Positions 1-7,190 of a stretch of 11,726 nucleotides of DNA are shown here, piece after piece. This DNA is from Candidatus Hermodarchaeota archaeon. Lineage in GTDB: Archaea; Asgardarchaeota; Heimdallarchaeia; Hodarchaeales; Hodarchaeaceae. The notes beneath the pieces were generated by a model that saw only the letters and a list, made by a program, of their open reading frames with translations, made no database searches and was not told the origin of the DNA. How positions within the stretch are numbered: position 1 is the first letter of the stretch; the number at the start of each line of letters is the position of its first letter. The stretch is from contig JBHLKY010000046.1 of assembly GCA_048886185.1 (NCBI GenBank), positions 1 to 11,726 on the forward strand, read 5' to 3'. The position numbers and the translations under genes are program-made.

Positions 1-45
1 AGCAAGAAGAAAGAGGAGGAGAAGAGAGGTGAAAAAATCCTATAA
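1..45 (+). CDS. Possible 3' end of an upstream gene (charged tail SKKKEEEKRGEKIL*)
   Basis: Frame 1 is open from base 1 to TAA at 43-45 and encodes a Lys/Glu-rich tail. It is too short to confirm. Confidence 0.3.
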   Translation, partial: SKKKEEEKRGEKIL

Positions 46-79
46 AGGATGAAAAACTGAGTTCATTATTGAATGGTGA

Positions 80-2281
80 GTGTGTGAGGGTTCCTTTTTG
101 AAACAGATGAAATGTCAAATTCTTCTCCTCCTCACTGTGCTACATTTTGTCTTAATCCCAAACACGAGCTTGATGAGGAAGACACAAGGACAAATTATAG
201 ATAGGCAAACAGCTGAAGCACCCAACCATTCCATCCTACAAGATAAATCATCAAATAATTCTCTTTATGAACCGCACTCACCCATAAGTATTACAAGTAA
301 TAGCGATTTTCTCAATCAAGCGGCAGCTGAGAACTGGCCTGGGAACGGGAGCGCGACGAACCCATATATTATCAAGGGACTAACAATAAGCTCCGATGAA
401 GAAATGAGAATTTTGATATATATTGGAGGGACAGATGTACACTTTCGAATAGAGAACTGTCTCTTAAGTCAGGGACGGAATGGAATCCAATTAACAGGGA
501 CAAAGAATGGACAACTCTTTAACAACATAATCACCAATAACAGTGCGGATGGAATTTTCCTGCAAAACGCAGAGTACAATATGCTGTCAAATAATATAGT
601 CACCAACAACCAGGAAGCAGGAATTGCATTGCAAGACTCAGAGGAGAATATCCTGTCAAATAACACCATCACCAAGAATCGTCTTCGAGGAATTGGACTG
701 AGCAACTCAGAGAACAATATCCTGTCAAATAACAAGGTCATCAGCAATGGAGATTCAGGAATAATACTTGGTGGGTCTCAAAATAACTTTCTTTGGGGGA
801 ATATACTCACCAATAATAATCACAATGGCATCCGGGTTACATACTCAGATAACTGTTATGTGTTAAACAATACTGTCACTAAGAACAGTGGTAATGGGGT
901 TAATCTCTACGAATCTTCGACGTGTCAGATGATTGGGAATACACTTGCCAACAATAGTAACTATGGATTGCGTCTAAGTACGAGTGGGAACAACTCAATC
1001 CAATTTAATAACTTCCAAGAAAATACGGTAGAAGATAGAGGGTGGAATAACAGTTTTAAGCAGAATTATTGGAGTGACTGGACAAATCCAGATAGTAACG
1101 GAGATGGGATTGTCGACCAGCCCTATCCAGTCGATGAAGGGAATTTCGACCTCTATCCGTTGGTAGATCCCTTCCCACATGAACCAATTCTATTAGATCA
1201 ACATCTAGTAAACATTTTTATCAATCCTAGCAGAGGTGAGCTTCTGTTCCGCACCGTTACCATCAGATGGGGGATCTTGGATTTAGGCGGCCATGAAATC
1301 TCTTATACTGTCTCCTACTCTGCAAATGGGGGGATGGACTGGACAATAATAACGACTGGGTTAACGACCCCTTATTACATCTGGAAAATCCCGTTAAATC
1401 TGAATGGTACGCAGTATCTAGCGAAAGTTAATGCTAGCTGTATAAACGGTGCATCCTGCGAAATCATTTCAGAAATGTTATCCATCAGTAATACTCATAT
1501 GCAGCCATTCAGAATACTTCTACCCATGGGAGGAGAGATATACTCTAGACGCATCATAATTCAATGGACGTCTGTAGTAGACGTCTTCAATCATGAAGTG
1601 AGCTATACGGTCTCATTTTCAGCAGATAATGGCACTTCATGGAACATCCTTGCATTAAACGTAGTTTCCACAATCCTAAGTTGGGATAGTACAACTGTGA
1701 TAGATGGCTCCCAGTATCTGATACAGGTCAATGCTAGCTGTACCGAAGGAGTAAGGCGTGTACGCAGATCAAATTCAACCTTTACAATTAATAACCCTCA
1801 TAATATTCAACCATTCACAGTTCTTGCCCCCATGGGAGGGGAAACATATTCTGGCATCGTCACAATACAATGGACACAAGCAACAGACCCCTTTGACCAT
1901 GTTGTGTGTTACACAATCTCATATTCCATTGATAATGGCACTCAGCCTTTCTCCTCTCTATCTTGGGACACATTAACATCAAACCTACTCCTTACAACCT
2001 TTGAATGGAACAGTACAACCGTGGTAGATGGTTCCCAGTATCTGATACAGGTTAATGCCAGCTGTGAGGGAGGGATGTGGCGCGTAGCCACCTCAACCAC
2101 TTTTACAATTAAAAATAACCCCCAAAGGTCTAACTATCCCATGACACAGATGTCTACCCCTCTTATGGGCACCAAGGGCTCTCTAAATCTCCAATCTATC
2201 CTCCAAATTCTCAGTCCAATCGTTGTCTTGTCCTTCCTTGTGACCATGGTAATCATAATTCGTCGTCAACAACTAGGATGA
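80..2281 (+). CDS. Secreted, membrane-anchored surface protein: parallel beta-helix (NosD/CASH-like) domain, three Ig-like (Kre9/FN3-type) repeats and a C-terminal TM anchor
   Basis: Hydrophobic signal after a likely true start at ATG 107 (MKCQILLLL). Repeats of N-ILSNN-IT-N---GI-L with a 23-aa period, then NYWSDW...NGDGIVD-PY. Three ~100-108 aa units (P-GGE-YS---IQWT...YT-S-S-DNG..W...YL-QVNASC). A Thr/Ser-rich linker leads to a TM helix (ILSPIVVLSFLVTMVIII) and an RRQQ tail. Confidence 0.9.
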   Translation: MCEGSFLKQMKCQILLLLTVLHFVLIPNTSLMRKTQGQIIDRQTAEAPNHSILQDKSSNNSLYEPHSPISITSNSDFLNQAAAENWPGNGSATNPYIIKGLTISSDEEMRILIYIGGTDVHFRIENCLLSQGRNGIQLTGTKNGQLFNNIITNNSADGIFLQNAEYNMLSNNIVTNNQEAGIALQDSEENILSNNTITKNRLRGIGLSNSENNILSNNKVISNGDSGIILGGSQNNFLWGNILTNNNHNGIRVTYSDNCYVLNNTVTKNSGNGVNLYESSTCQMIGNTLANNSNYGLRLSTSGNNSIQFNNFQENTVEDRGWNNSFKQNYWSDWTNPDSNGDGIVDQPYPVDEGNFDLYPLVDPFPHEPILLDQHLVNIFINPSRGELLFRTVTIRWGILDLGGHEISYTVSYSANGGMDWTIITTGLTTPYYIWKIPLNLNGTQYLAKVNASCINGASCEIISEMLSISNTHMQPFRILLPMGGEIYSRRIIIQWTSVVDVFNHEVSYTVSFSADNGTSWNILALNVVSTILSWDSTTVIDGSQYLIQVNASCTEGVRRVRRSNSTFTINNPHNIQPFTVLAPMGGETYSGIVTIQWTQATDPFDHVVCYTISYSIDNGTQPFSSLSWDTLTSNLLLTTFEWNSTTVVDGSQYLIQVNASCEGGMWRVATSTTFTIKNNPQRSNYPMTQMSTPLMGTKGSLNLQSILQILSPIVVLSFLVTMVIIIRRQQLG
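584..760 (+). repeat. Intragenic 69-nt-period tandem repeat (beta-helix rungs)
   Basis: CTGTCAAATAA occurs at 584, 653 and 722. Confidence 0.85.
1250..2110 (+). repeat. Intragenic triplicated Ig-like domain
   Basis: CAGTATCT anchors at 1412, 1712 and 2036. Segments 1697-1741 and 2021-2065 match at 41 of 45 nt. Outer boundaries are approximate. Confidence 0.85.
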
Positions 2282-2351
2282 GTCAGAGCAGCAGTAGTAG
2301 CTTCCATTAAGCAACTCTGAAAGAAAGTACAGGGAAAGTATAAGAAATTTA

Positions 2352-2460
2352 CATCCCCCGAAAATAGATAAAAAGCGTACAGAGATTGGACCGATACCCC
2401 CTCAGAAAAGCTGACGACTCCTGAAGCGACCTGACGATAGGCCCGCTGAATTTCCGCACA
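2352..2460 (+). repeat. Intergenic repeat R1 (5' and central modules; lacks the GCCCTTGTGCGATTAG module)
   Basis: CATCCCCCGAAAATA..AGCGTACAGAGATTGGACCGA..GACTCCTGAAGCGACCTGACGATAGGCCCGCTGAATTTCCGCAC. Confidence 0.9.
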
Positions 2461-2498
2461 ATCAACTTGATTTTAGGGCAATGACTTTGTGTAAGACA

Positions 2499-2535
2499 TG
2501 ACGAAAGATTTTGTGAAAAATCCAAATTTCCACAC
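2499..2535 (+). repeat. Partial second repeat copy R1b (type II central module)
   Basis: TGACGAAAGATTTTGTGAAAAATCCAAATTTCCACAC resembles R8 TGACGAGAGATTGTGGAAAAATCTTAATTTCCACA. Confidence 0.7.
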
Positions 2536-2565
2536 TCTTAACCTTTTTTAAGTCTCCTTAAAGAA

Positions 2566-2868
2566 TCATTTCCTTGGATTGGCTCTTGAGAGCACCATTC
2601 CGACCATGCCAGCCCCGAAAGCTCCAACTCCAATGAGGAAAATCCCGAAATTGCAGATACCAAATGGAAGGAATGGGGGATTAATCACTGATTGAATACC
2701 AACGGTGAACCACAATAAGGCGAAACCTAGAATCATAAATCGTCCCCACCTATCTCTGATCTCACAACTCAAAGAGCAATAACACCTAGATATAAGAACA
2801 TCATCTCCTAGGATCGTTCTCGTCCGTGTTGTTTGTTTTCCACAATAAAGACATTCAGGAATGGTTAC
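2566..2868 (-). CDS. Small membrane protein with an N-terminal TRASH-like Zn finger and two TM helices; the ORF track call 2566-2772 is N-truncated
   Basis: The reading frame stays open upstream of TTG 2772 as far as TGA 2896-2898. It encodes VTIPECLYCGKQTTRTRTILGDDVLISRCYCSLSCE (C-x2-C-x21-C-S-x2-C), then two hydrophobic helices. No ATG, GTG or TTG precedes the finger in frame, so the start is uncertain and it may be a pseudogene. Confidence 0.65.
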   Translation of the reverse strand, partial: VTIPECLYCGKQTTRTRTILGDDVLISRCYCSLSCEIRDRWGRFMILGFALLWFTVGIQSVINPPFLPFGICNFGIFLIGVGAFGAGMVGMVLSRANPRK

Positions 2869-3034
2869 AACCTTCTCTTTAAATGGGGGATTACGTCAGA
2901 TCAGAATAGATGCAGAAATAAAACATCTAGTGATGACCAGAAACATAGTTTTAAGCTGTCCCATGGGATTGACATCGTGAGGATTGTTTCTTCTCGTCAA
3001 AAAATTTCATCCATGATAAAAACGAACAGGCACA

Positions 3035-3152
3035 AGACCGAAAGCGCTCTATAAGAATCTCCTGACTCCTGAAGCCACTTGACGATAGCTCTTGTTAAAA
3101 ATCTTAATTTCCACACGGTTAGCCCTAGAGCGTACAGATTTCAGAGCGATTA
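3035..3152 (+). repeat. Intergenic repeat R2 (type II-like centre, short linker, nested 5' motif inside the 3' module)
   Basis: AGACCGAAAGCGCTCTATAAGAATCTCCTGACTCCTGAAGCCACTTGACGATAG...AAAAATCTTAATTTCCACACGGTTAGCCCT-AG-AGCGTACAGATTTCAGA-GCGATTA. Confidence 0.9.
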
Positions 3153-3174
3153 ACACATTCTTTATAAATAGGGT

Positions 3175-3918
3175 TTAGTGGTCAGCTAAACCTCTCGACC
3201 GTGTTTTGATTGAATAATAGTGTTCTCGTTCATGCTCAATGAATCGCCGCAAAATCTTATTGGAGGTCCATTGTTCTTTAGGATAGGGCGTAAAAGCTTC
3301 TCGTGTGAATATTCTAGCTCCTTTTTGAATAATCAAATCTTTCAGCACATTAATACATCCTCTTCTTACAAGCTCAAGTCGTTCAAGAATTGGGGTCTCA
3401 TCAAGACGAGGAATAGACATTCCAATATATTTTTCATATAGAATATCTGCCTCTTTTCCTAATCTAGATTTATACCACTCTTCAGCATTACAGATATGTG
3501 TTAATACTTGAATTGTGGTTCGGTTACTATCAGACAACTGTTCAGATAGTTTTTCTAGAGGAATTTCTCCAATGAGTTCTAATAAAGACTGACGAGAAAA
3601 TTCCATTAACTTCAAATAATAAACCAATCTTTCTGACGTAATAGCTTGTTTATCAAATTCAAAAAGAGCTACAGTGCCTCCAGATTCCCCAAGACGAGTG
3701 ATATTAAAGAGTTCTTCTTTTATTATAATTCGTTCATGTGTAGAAATTGAAATCTCCTCATTATAATGCTTTAACCATAAGATATGCTCATTTACTTCTG
3801 ATTCGAGATTTTGTAACAAATCTTCTCTAGAATTAGCCTTTGTAATTGTACCTGGTAAGTCAATTATTCTACCATACCATTTATCAGAAGTTCCCTTTTC
3901 TATAGCTGAATATAACAT
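3175..3918 (-). CDS. HicB-like antitoxin domain fused to a DinB-like (four-helix, His-metal) domain
   Basis: The N-terminus WYGRIIDLPGTITKANSREDLLQNL fits the HicB partial RNase H fold motif. The C-terminus (SRQSLLELI...RTTIQVLTHICNAEEWY...WTSNKILRRFIEHEREH) fits the DinB family pattern. A GAGGT RBS-like site lies upstream of the ATG. Confidence 0.75.
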   Translation of the reverse strand: MLYSAIEKGTSDKWYGRIIDLPGTITKANSREDLLQNLESEVNEHILWLKHYNEEISISTHERIIIKEELFNITRLGESGGTVALFEFDKQAITSERLVYYLKLMEFSRQSLLELIGEIPLEKLSEQLSDSNRTTIQVLTHICNAEEWYKSRLGKEADILYEKYIGMSIPRLDETPILERLELVRRGCINVLKDLIIQKGARIFTREAFTPYPKEQWTSNKILRRFIEHEREHYYSIKTRSRGLADH

Positions 3919-3937
3919 GGTTAAAACCTCTAACCAT
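3917..3937. promoter_or_regulatory. 7-bp inverted repeat spanning the RBS and start codon of the HicB-DinB gene
   Basis: ATGGTTA-AAACCTC-TAACCAT. On the minus strand GAGGT falls in the loop and the AT of ATG in the stem. Confidence 0.4.
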
Positions 3938-3949
3938 TACTCATCTTTG

Positions 3950-3992
3950 TTCCACAATTTTTCCTAAAACAAGCCCTTGTGCGATTAGTGGC
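3950..3992 (+). repeat. Intergenic repeat R3 (3' modules only)
   Basis: TTCCACAATTTTTCCTAAAACAAGCCCTTGTGCGATTAGTGGC. Confidence 0.85.
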
Positions 3993-4003
3993 AGCTGACT
4001 TAA

Positions 4004-4681
4004 TTAGTCGTTATTCAACCTTTTGGTTTTAGATATTCCTATTAATAATTTCCATTCATTCTTAGGTTTCGCGGTAACAATGGTTTTATTATGCCATGCC
4101 TCAGGTCGATAAATCAACTCAAAAGCAAAGTTCAAAAGATCAGATCTCTCGATTTCTGTTGTTTCCAAGAGATTTGTTGGGCCAACACCATGTAGCTTCA
4201 GGTCAGGCTCGGTAAACTCAAATAATAATATTATACTAATATCTGCTGCTTGATGTGCCCCTCTCTTTTGACCTAAAAGTAAAAAGTAGTGATCAGGGAC
4301 AACGGGCTTATCATCTCTTGTTACTCTTTTGAGACCTAAGACCCAAGAATACTCTGTTGCGAATAAGGTGTCAAATAAGTCATGGGTGAAAACAGGATAC
4401 CTCCGAATCGGCAAAATTCCAACATTTTTGGTTTGGATTCCTTTCACATCAAATGTTACCCCTCTAAACGTATGTAAGGGGGATTCAAGTTTCCTAAGCC
4501 TGTCTCTAAGCTCAATAACCTCCTGTTTAAGGCGATCTCTCTCTGATTCGAGTTTATTTCGCTGGGTTTCCAGTAATTGGCGTTCAGTTTCCAGCGCGCG
4601 GATTCGACGTTCCATCGTTCGCGTATAGGAGTCAGCAAAATCATCATGTGAAGCTTTCTTTTCATCCACAGGTTCTGGCAT
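4004..4681 (-). CDS. Hypothetical protein: PAN (proteasome-activating nucleotidase)-like N-terminal coiled coil fused to an unknown domain; no AAA+ motifs
   Basis: YTRTMERRIRALETERQLLETQRNKLESERDRLKQEVIELRDRLRKLESP resembles archaeal PAN N-termini (Y-L-RRIR-LE...L---P). No Walker A or B follows. Confidence 0.75.
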   Translation of the reverse strand: MPEPVDEKKASHDDFADSYTRTMERRIRALETERQLLETQRNKLESERDRLKQEVIELRDRLRKLESPLHTFRGVTFDVKGIQTKNVGILPIRRYPVFTHDLFDTLFATEYSWVLGLKRVTRDDKPVVPDHYFLLLGQKRGAHQAADISIILLFEFTEPDLKLHGVGPTNLLETTEIERSDLLNFAFELIYRPEAWHNKTIVTAKPKNEWKLLIGISKTKRLNND

Positions 4682-4770
4682 ATCAAGTTGTTTCTATAAT
4701 TATTCATACAAATTAATTTTGTTGATTTAATGAAAGATTACTCGAGAGGGGGATAGCATAGATTCTCAAG

Positions 4771-4837
4771 ATCTGACGATAGGTTCACTGAAGGTCCACA
4801 AAATTTTATAAAAATTAGCCCTGGTGCGATTAGTGGC
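4771..4837 (+). repeat. Intergenic repeat R4 (central and 3' modules, long AT linker)
   Basis: ATCTGACGATAGGTTCACTGAAGGTCCACAAAATTTTATAAAAATTAGCCCTGGTGCGATTAGTGGC. Confidence 0.88.
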
Positions 4838-4916
4838 AACATGATTTTCCATCGATGAAAATTTGTCCTGCCCAGTGACAGGTTCGATTTTATTACTGAT
4901 TTAGATTACCATTAGA

Positions 4917-4967
4917 TTGAAACCTTTAAATACCAAGAGAGGTATTCTGAGACCACATTAGGTGGGG
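4917..4967 (+). promoter_or_regulatory. Candidate archaeal BRE/TATA promoter and RBS for 4975-6216
   Basis: TTGAAACC-TTTAAATA (TATA-like at 4925-4932), about 43 nt upstream of the ATG; GGTGGGG at 4961-4967. Confidence 0.45.
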
Positions 4968-4974
4968 CTTTCCA

Positions 4975-6216
4975 ATGAAGGACTTCACAAAGAGTAGGAT
5001 ATATCCATTATTTATTTCTTTAGTGATATTCATAGGAGTTTTTGTCATAGCTAATTTGGTTTGGATACTAGAGATTGCAAATCAAGTATTACTATCAACT
5101 AGGTTACCATATGGTAATATTTTACGAGTAATAAGCATCAATGTCTTTTTCTGGTTAGGATTCACAACTTTCATTACCTTCAAAAACTATAGAGATTCAA
5201 AGATAAAGGAATATTCCGTTTTTACCCTCTTATTATTGGCATTACTCATGCAAGGAGTGATTAATCTCCTCGTGGAGGTTCTCCCTGTGCTAGTCCAAGG
5301 GGGAGATTTGTTTCAAAAATTTAATGCATATACGAGTTTTGATTTTCTCACCCCTTATTCGATTCAGGAAGATCTCAATGGTTTTTCTGATGATCCTTTC
5401 ATTCAAGTGATAAATCTGATTAATCGATACAGCATACTGATCCTAATCAATGATTATTTCATTCATGTGATTTTCGCATTGTATTTTATGAGAGGAGTAT
5501 GGGTAACTTCCCCAAACAAAGTAAAATATACGTTTATTGGATTAGTAATTGGTTCCCTAAGTTTTAAATGTTTAACCTTTTTGATTTATCCAATCTATAG
5601 TAGTTTTACCCCTAATTTCGTTGAAGATTTGATTCTCATACTAGGAATGTTTCTCTTCACACTTCTCCTTATTTATACATACCTTTATCTTGGGGGAAAA
5701 GCATTTCGGTCAATTGATCCCCCAAATCCCACCCCGAGAATTCAGAAAGCAACAGTCTTATGGCGGATAAATCTCCTAGTTCTAATCTTATGGGCCTGCA
5801 TATTGACACTAAATTACACAGGTAAAGTGATTGAATATTCAATATTCGTCTTGAATAGAGACCTATTTCATTTTTCAGACACAGGGTACTTTTTTGGATT
5901 TATCAATGTCTTTGATCTGCATGCGGAATTTCGAGGAGGAATATATGATGTACTATGGTATCTAGGGAATGTGATGTTCATTTTAGTGCCTATTCTTCTA
6001 TTTACTAGTGTTTTGATATTACAGGGAAGTATCGGATTTCTGTACCCAGAAGGCCAGCTCATCTTTGAGAGCCAAATTTTCCGAGTGAAAAAAGCTTATG
6101 ATGGTTTAAGAGCAGACATTAAGTTTCAACAGAGTCAGCTCGTCCACTCCCCGACTTTCAACGCCATAGCAAACTATTTGAAGCAAATTCCAGTGGATTT
6201 CTTCTCTGCTGATTAA
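4975..6216 (+). CDS. Polytopic integral membrane protein of unknown function
   Basis: 413-aa ORF with roughly 9-10 hydrophobic segments by eye. It has an ATG start with an RBS-like site and no recognisable family motif. Confidence 0.85.
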   Translation: MKDFTKSRIYPLFISLVIFIGVFVIANLVWILEIANQVLLSTRLPYGNILRVISINVFFWLGFTTFITFKNYRDSKIKEYSVFTLLLLALLMQGVINLLVEVLPVLVQGGDLFQKFNAYTSFDFLTPYSIQEDLNGFSDDPFIQVINLINRYSILILINDYFIHVIFALYFMRGVWVTSPNKVKYTFIGLVIGSLSFKCLTFLIYPIYSSFTPNFVEDLILILGMFLFTLLLIYTYLYLGGKAFRSIDPPNPTPRIQKATVLWRINLLVLILWACILTLNYTGKVIEYSIFVLNRDLFHFSDTGYFFGFINVFDLHAEFRGGIYDVLWYLGNVMFILVPILLFTSVLILQGSIGFLYPEGQLIFESQIFRVKKAYDGLRADIKFQQSQLVHSPTFNAIANYLKQIPVDFFSAD

Positions 6217-6279
6217 ATAATCCACACATCTCTCAAACAACATCCACTAAAGGTTAAAGAGCTTTCAATCTTTCCCCTT

Positions 6280-6420
6280 CATTCCCCGAAAATAAAACAC
6301 TAGCGTACAGCTATTAGACCGAACCCGCTCTCCGAGAAGCTCCTAACTCCTGAAGCCATCTGACGATAGATACGCTGAATTTCCACAGATTTTTAAGAAA
6401 GTTAGCCCTTATGCGATTAG
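6280..6420 (+). repeat. Intergenic repeat R5 (full length, ~140 bp)
   Basis: CATTCCCCGAAAATA..AGCGTACAGCTATTAGACCGAACCCGCTCTCCGAGAAGCTCCTAACTCCTGAAGCCATCTGACGATAGATACGCTGAATTTCCACAGATTTTTAAGAAAGTTAGCCCTTATGCGATTAG. Confidence 0.93.
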
Positions 6421-6428
6421 AAATACGA

Positions 6429-6740
6429 TCATTGATTTCCATTTCTCATTCCTCCTTTATCAGAGTCAACTACCTCACGGTTAACCGTGGAAGGAGTTTT
6501 AAACCTTCTATTTAGGAATATTTGGACGACTATGCCAACGAAAAAAAGAAGGTATGCAAAGATTAACAAAAAGAAAAGACCCACCATAATTTGGATGGAA
6601 GCCCAAAAGGAATCATCGGGGAGGAGAGAAAAGATCAAAAGATCCCCAAGAAAAATACCAATGGCAAGGAGCATTAAGAAATAGCCAAAAAACTTCTTGA
6701 GAGGATGAGGGGCCATCAGGTAAACAACCATCCTATACAA
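6429..6740 (-). CDS. Small two-TM membrane protein
   Basis: Two clear hydrophobic helices followed by a basic tail (NRRFK). The track start is TTG; ATG 6731 or 6716 is more likely. The stop codon lies 8 nt past the end of R5. Confidence 0.75.
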   Translation of the reverse strand: MYRMVVYLMAPHPLKKFFGYFLMLLAIGIFLGDLLIFSLLPDDSFWASIQIMVGLFFLLIFAYLLFFVGIVVQIFLNRRFKTPSTVNREVVDSDKGGMRNGNQ

Positions 6741-6793
6741 AATAAGGTAGTTTTTTTATTTTATGAATCATAGAAGATATGGAAGTGGAAACT

Positions 6794-6950
6794 TCAAGGA
6801 TTGTTAGAACAGATCACAATGCATGCTGGGAAAAAAGAGGACATTAAGTAGCCAAATACATCACCAATATCAGGCACAATACCCCCAACAAGAGCTTCAA
6901 TATCGACAAAAGTTGTATATACAATAATCACGCCAAAGATTTTATAAAAT
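6794..6950 (-). pseudogene. Possible short hydrophobic ORF or gene remnant abutting R6
   Basis: Stop-free frame KIFGVIIVYTTFVDIEALVGGIVPDIGDVFGYLMSSFFPACIVICSNNP* ending at TGA 6794-6796. GTG 6931 is the first plausible start. Confidence 0.3.
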
Positions 6951-7034
6951 CTCGAAAATACGAAAAAGCGTACAGAAATTAGACCGATCCCGCTCTATGA
7001 GAAGCTAACGACTCCTAAAGCCATCTGATGAGAG
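6951..7034 (+). repeat. Intergenic repeat R6 (5' module only, truncated after CTGATGAGAG)
   Basis: CTCGAAAATACGAAAAAGCGTACAGAAATTAGACCGATCCCGCTCTATGAGAAGCTAACGACTCCTAAAGCCATCTGATGAGAG. Confidence 0.9.
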
Positions 7035-7190
7035 TATTTTCTCAGAAGAACGCATATTTATTTCCTGAAATTCCCAGAGAGGGATCTATTACTCATAAAA
7101 CTCATATGGGTAGGGATCTTGATGGTATTCATCCCACAGGGGAAGGAGATACAAATGTATACTGGGTGAAGACAGTTAAGGGGTTCCACC

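Noticed and set aside
469-1976. Track ORFs 469-747, 995-1180 and 1758-1976
   Set aside because: They are antisense or alternate-frame shadows inside the well-supported 80-2281 gene.
2896-2898. Repeat acting as a 3'-UTR SECIS for in-frame TGA codons
   Set aside because: TGA terminates several repeat-adjacent genes, the interrupted positions are not in Cys-type motifs, and most repeat-flanked genes have no internal TGA.
2833-4707. Track ORFs 2833-3054, 3220-3441, 4329-4628 and 4456-4707
   Set aside because: They overlap better-supported minus-strand genes or a repeat, and show no protein-like motifs.
7025-7034. Hammerhead ribozyme core CTGA(T/C)GA in the repeat
   Set aside because: The CUGANGA heptamer is present in most copies, but no stem II closed by G-C and followed by GAAA can be found, so the second half of the core is missing.
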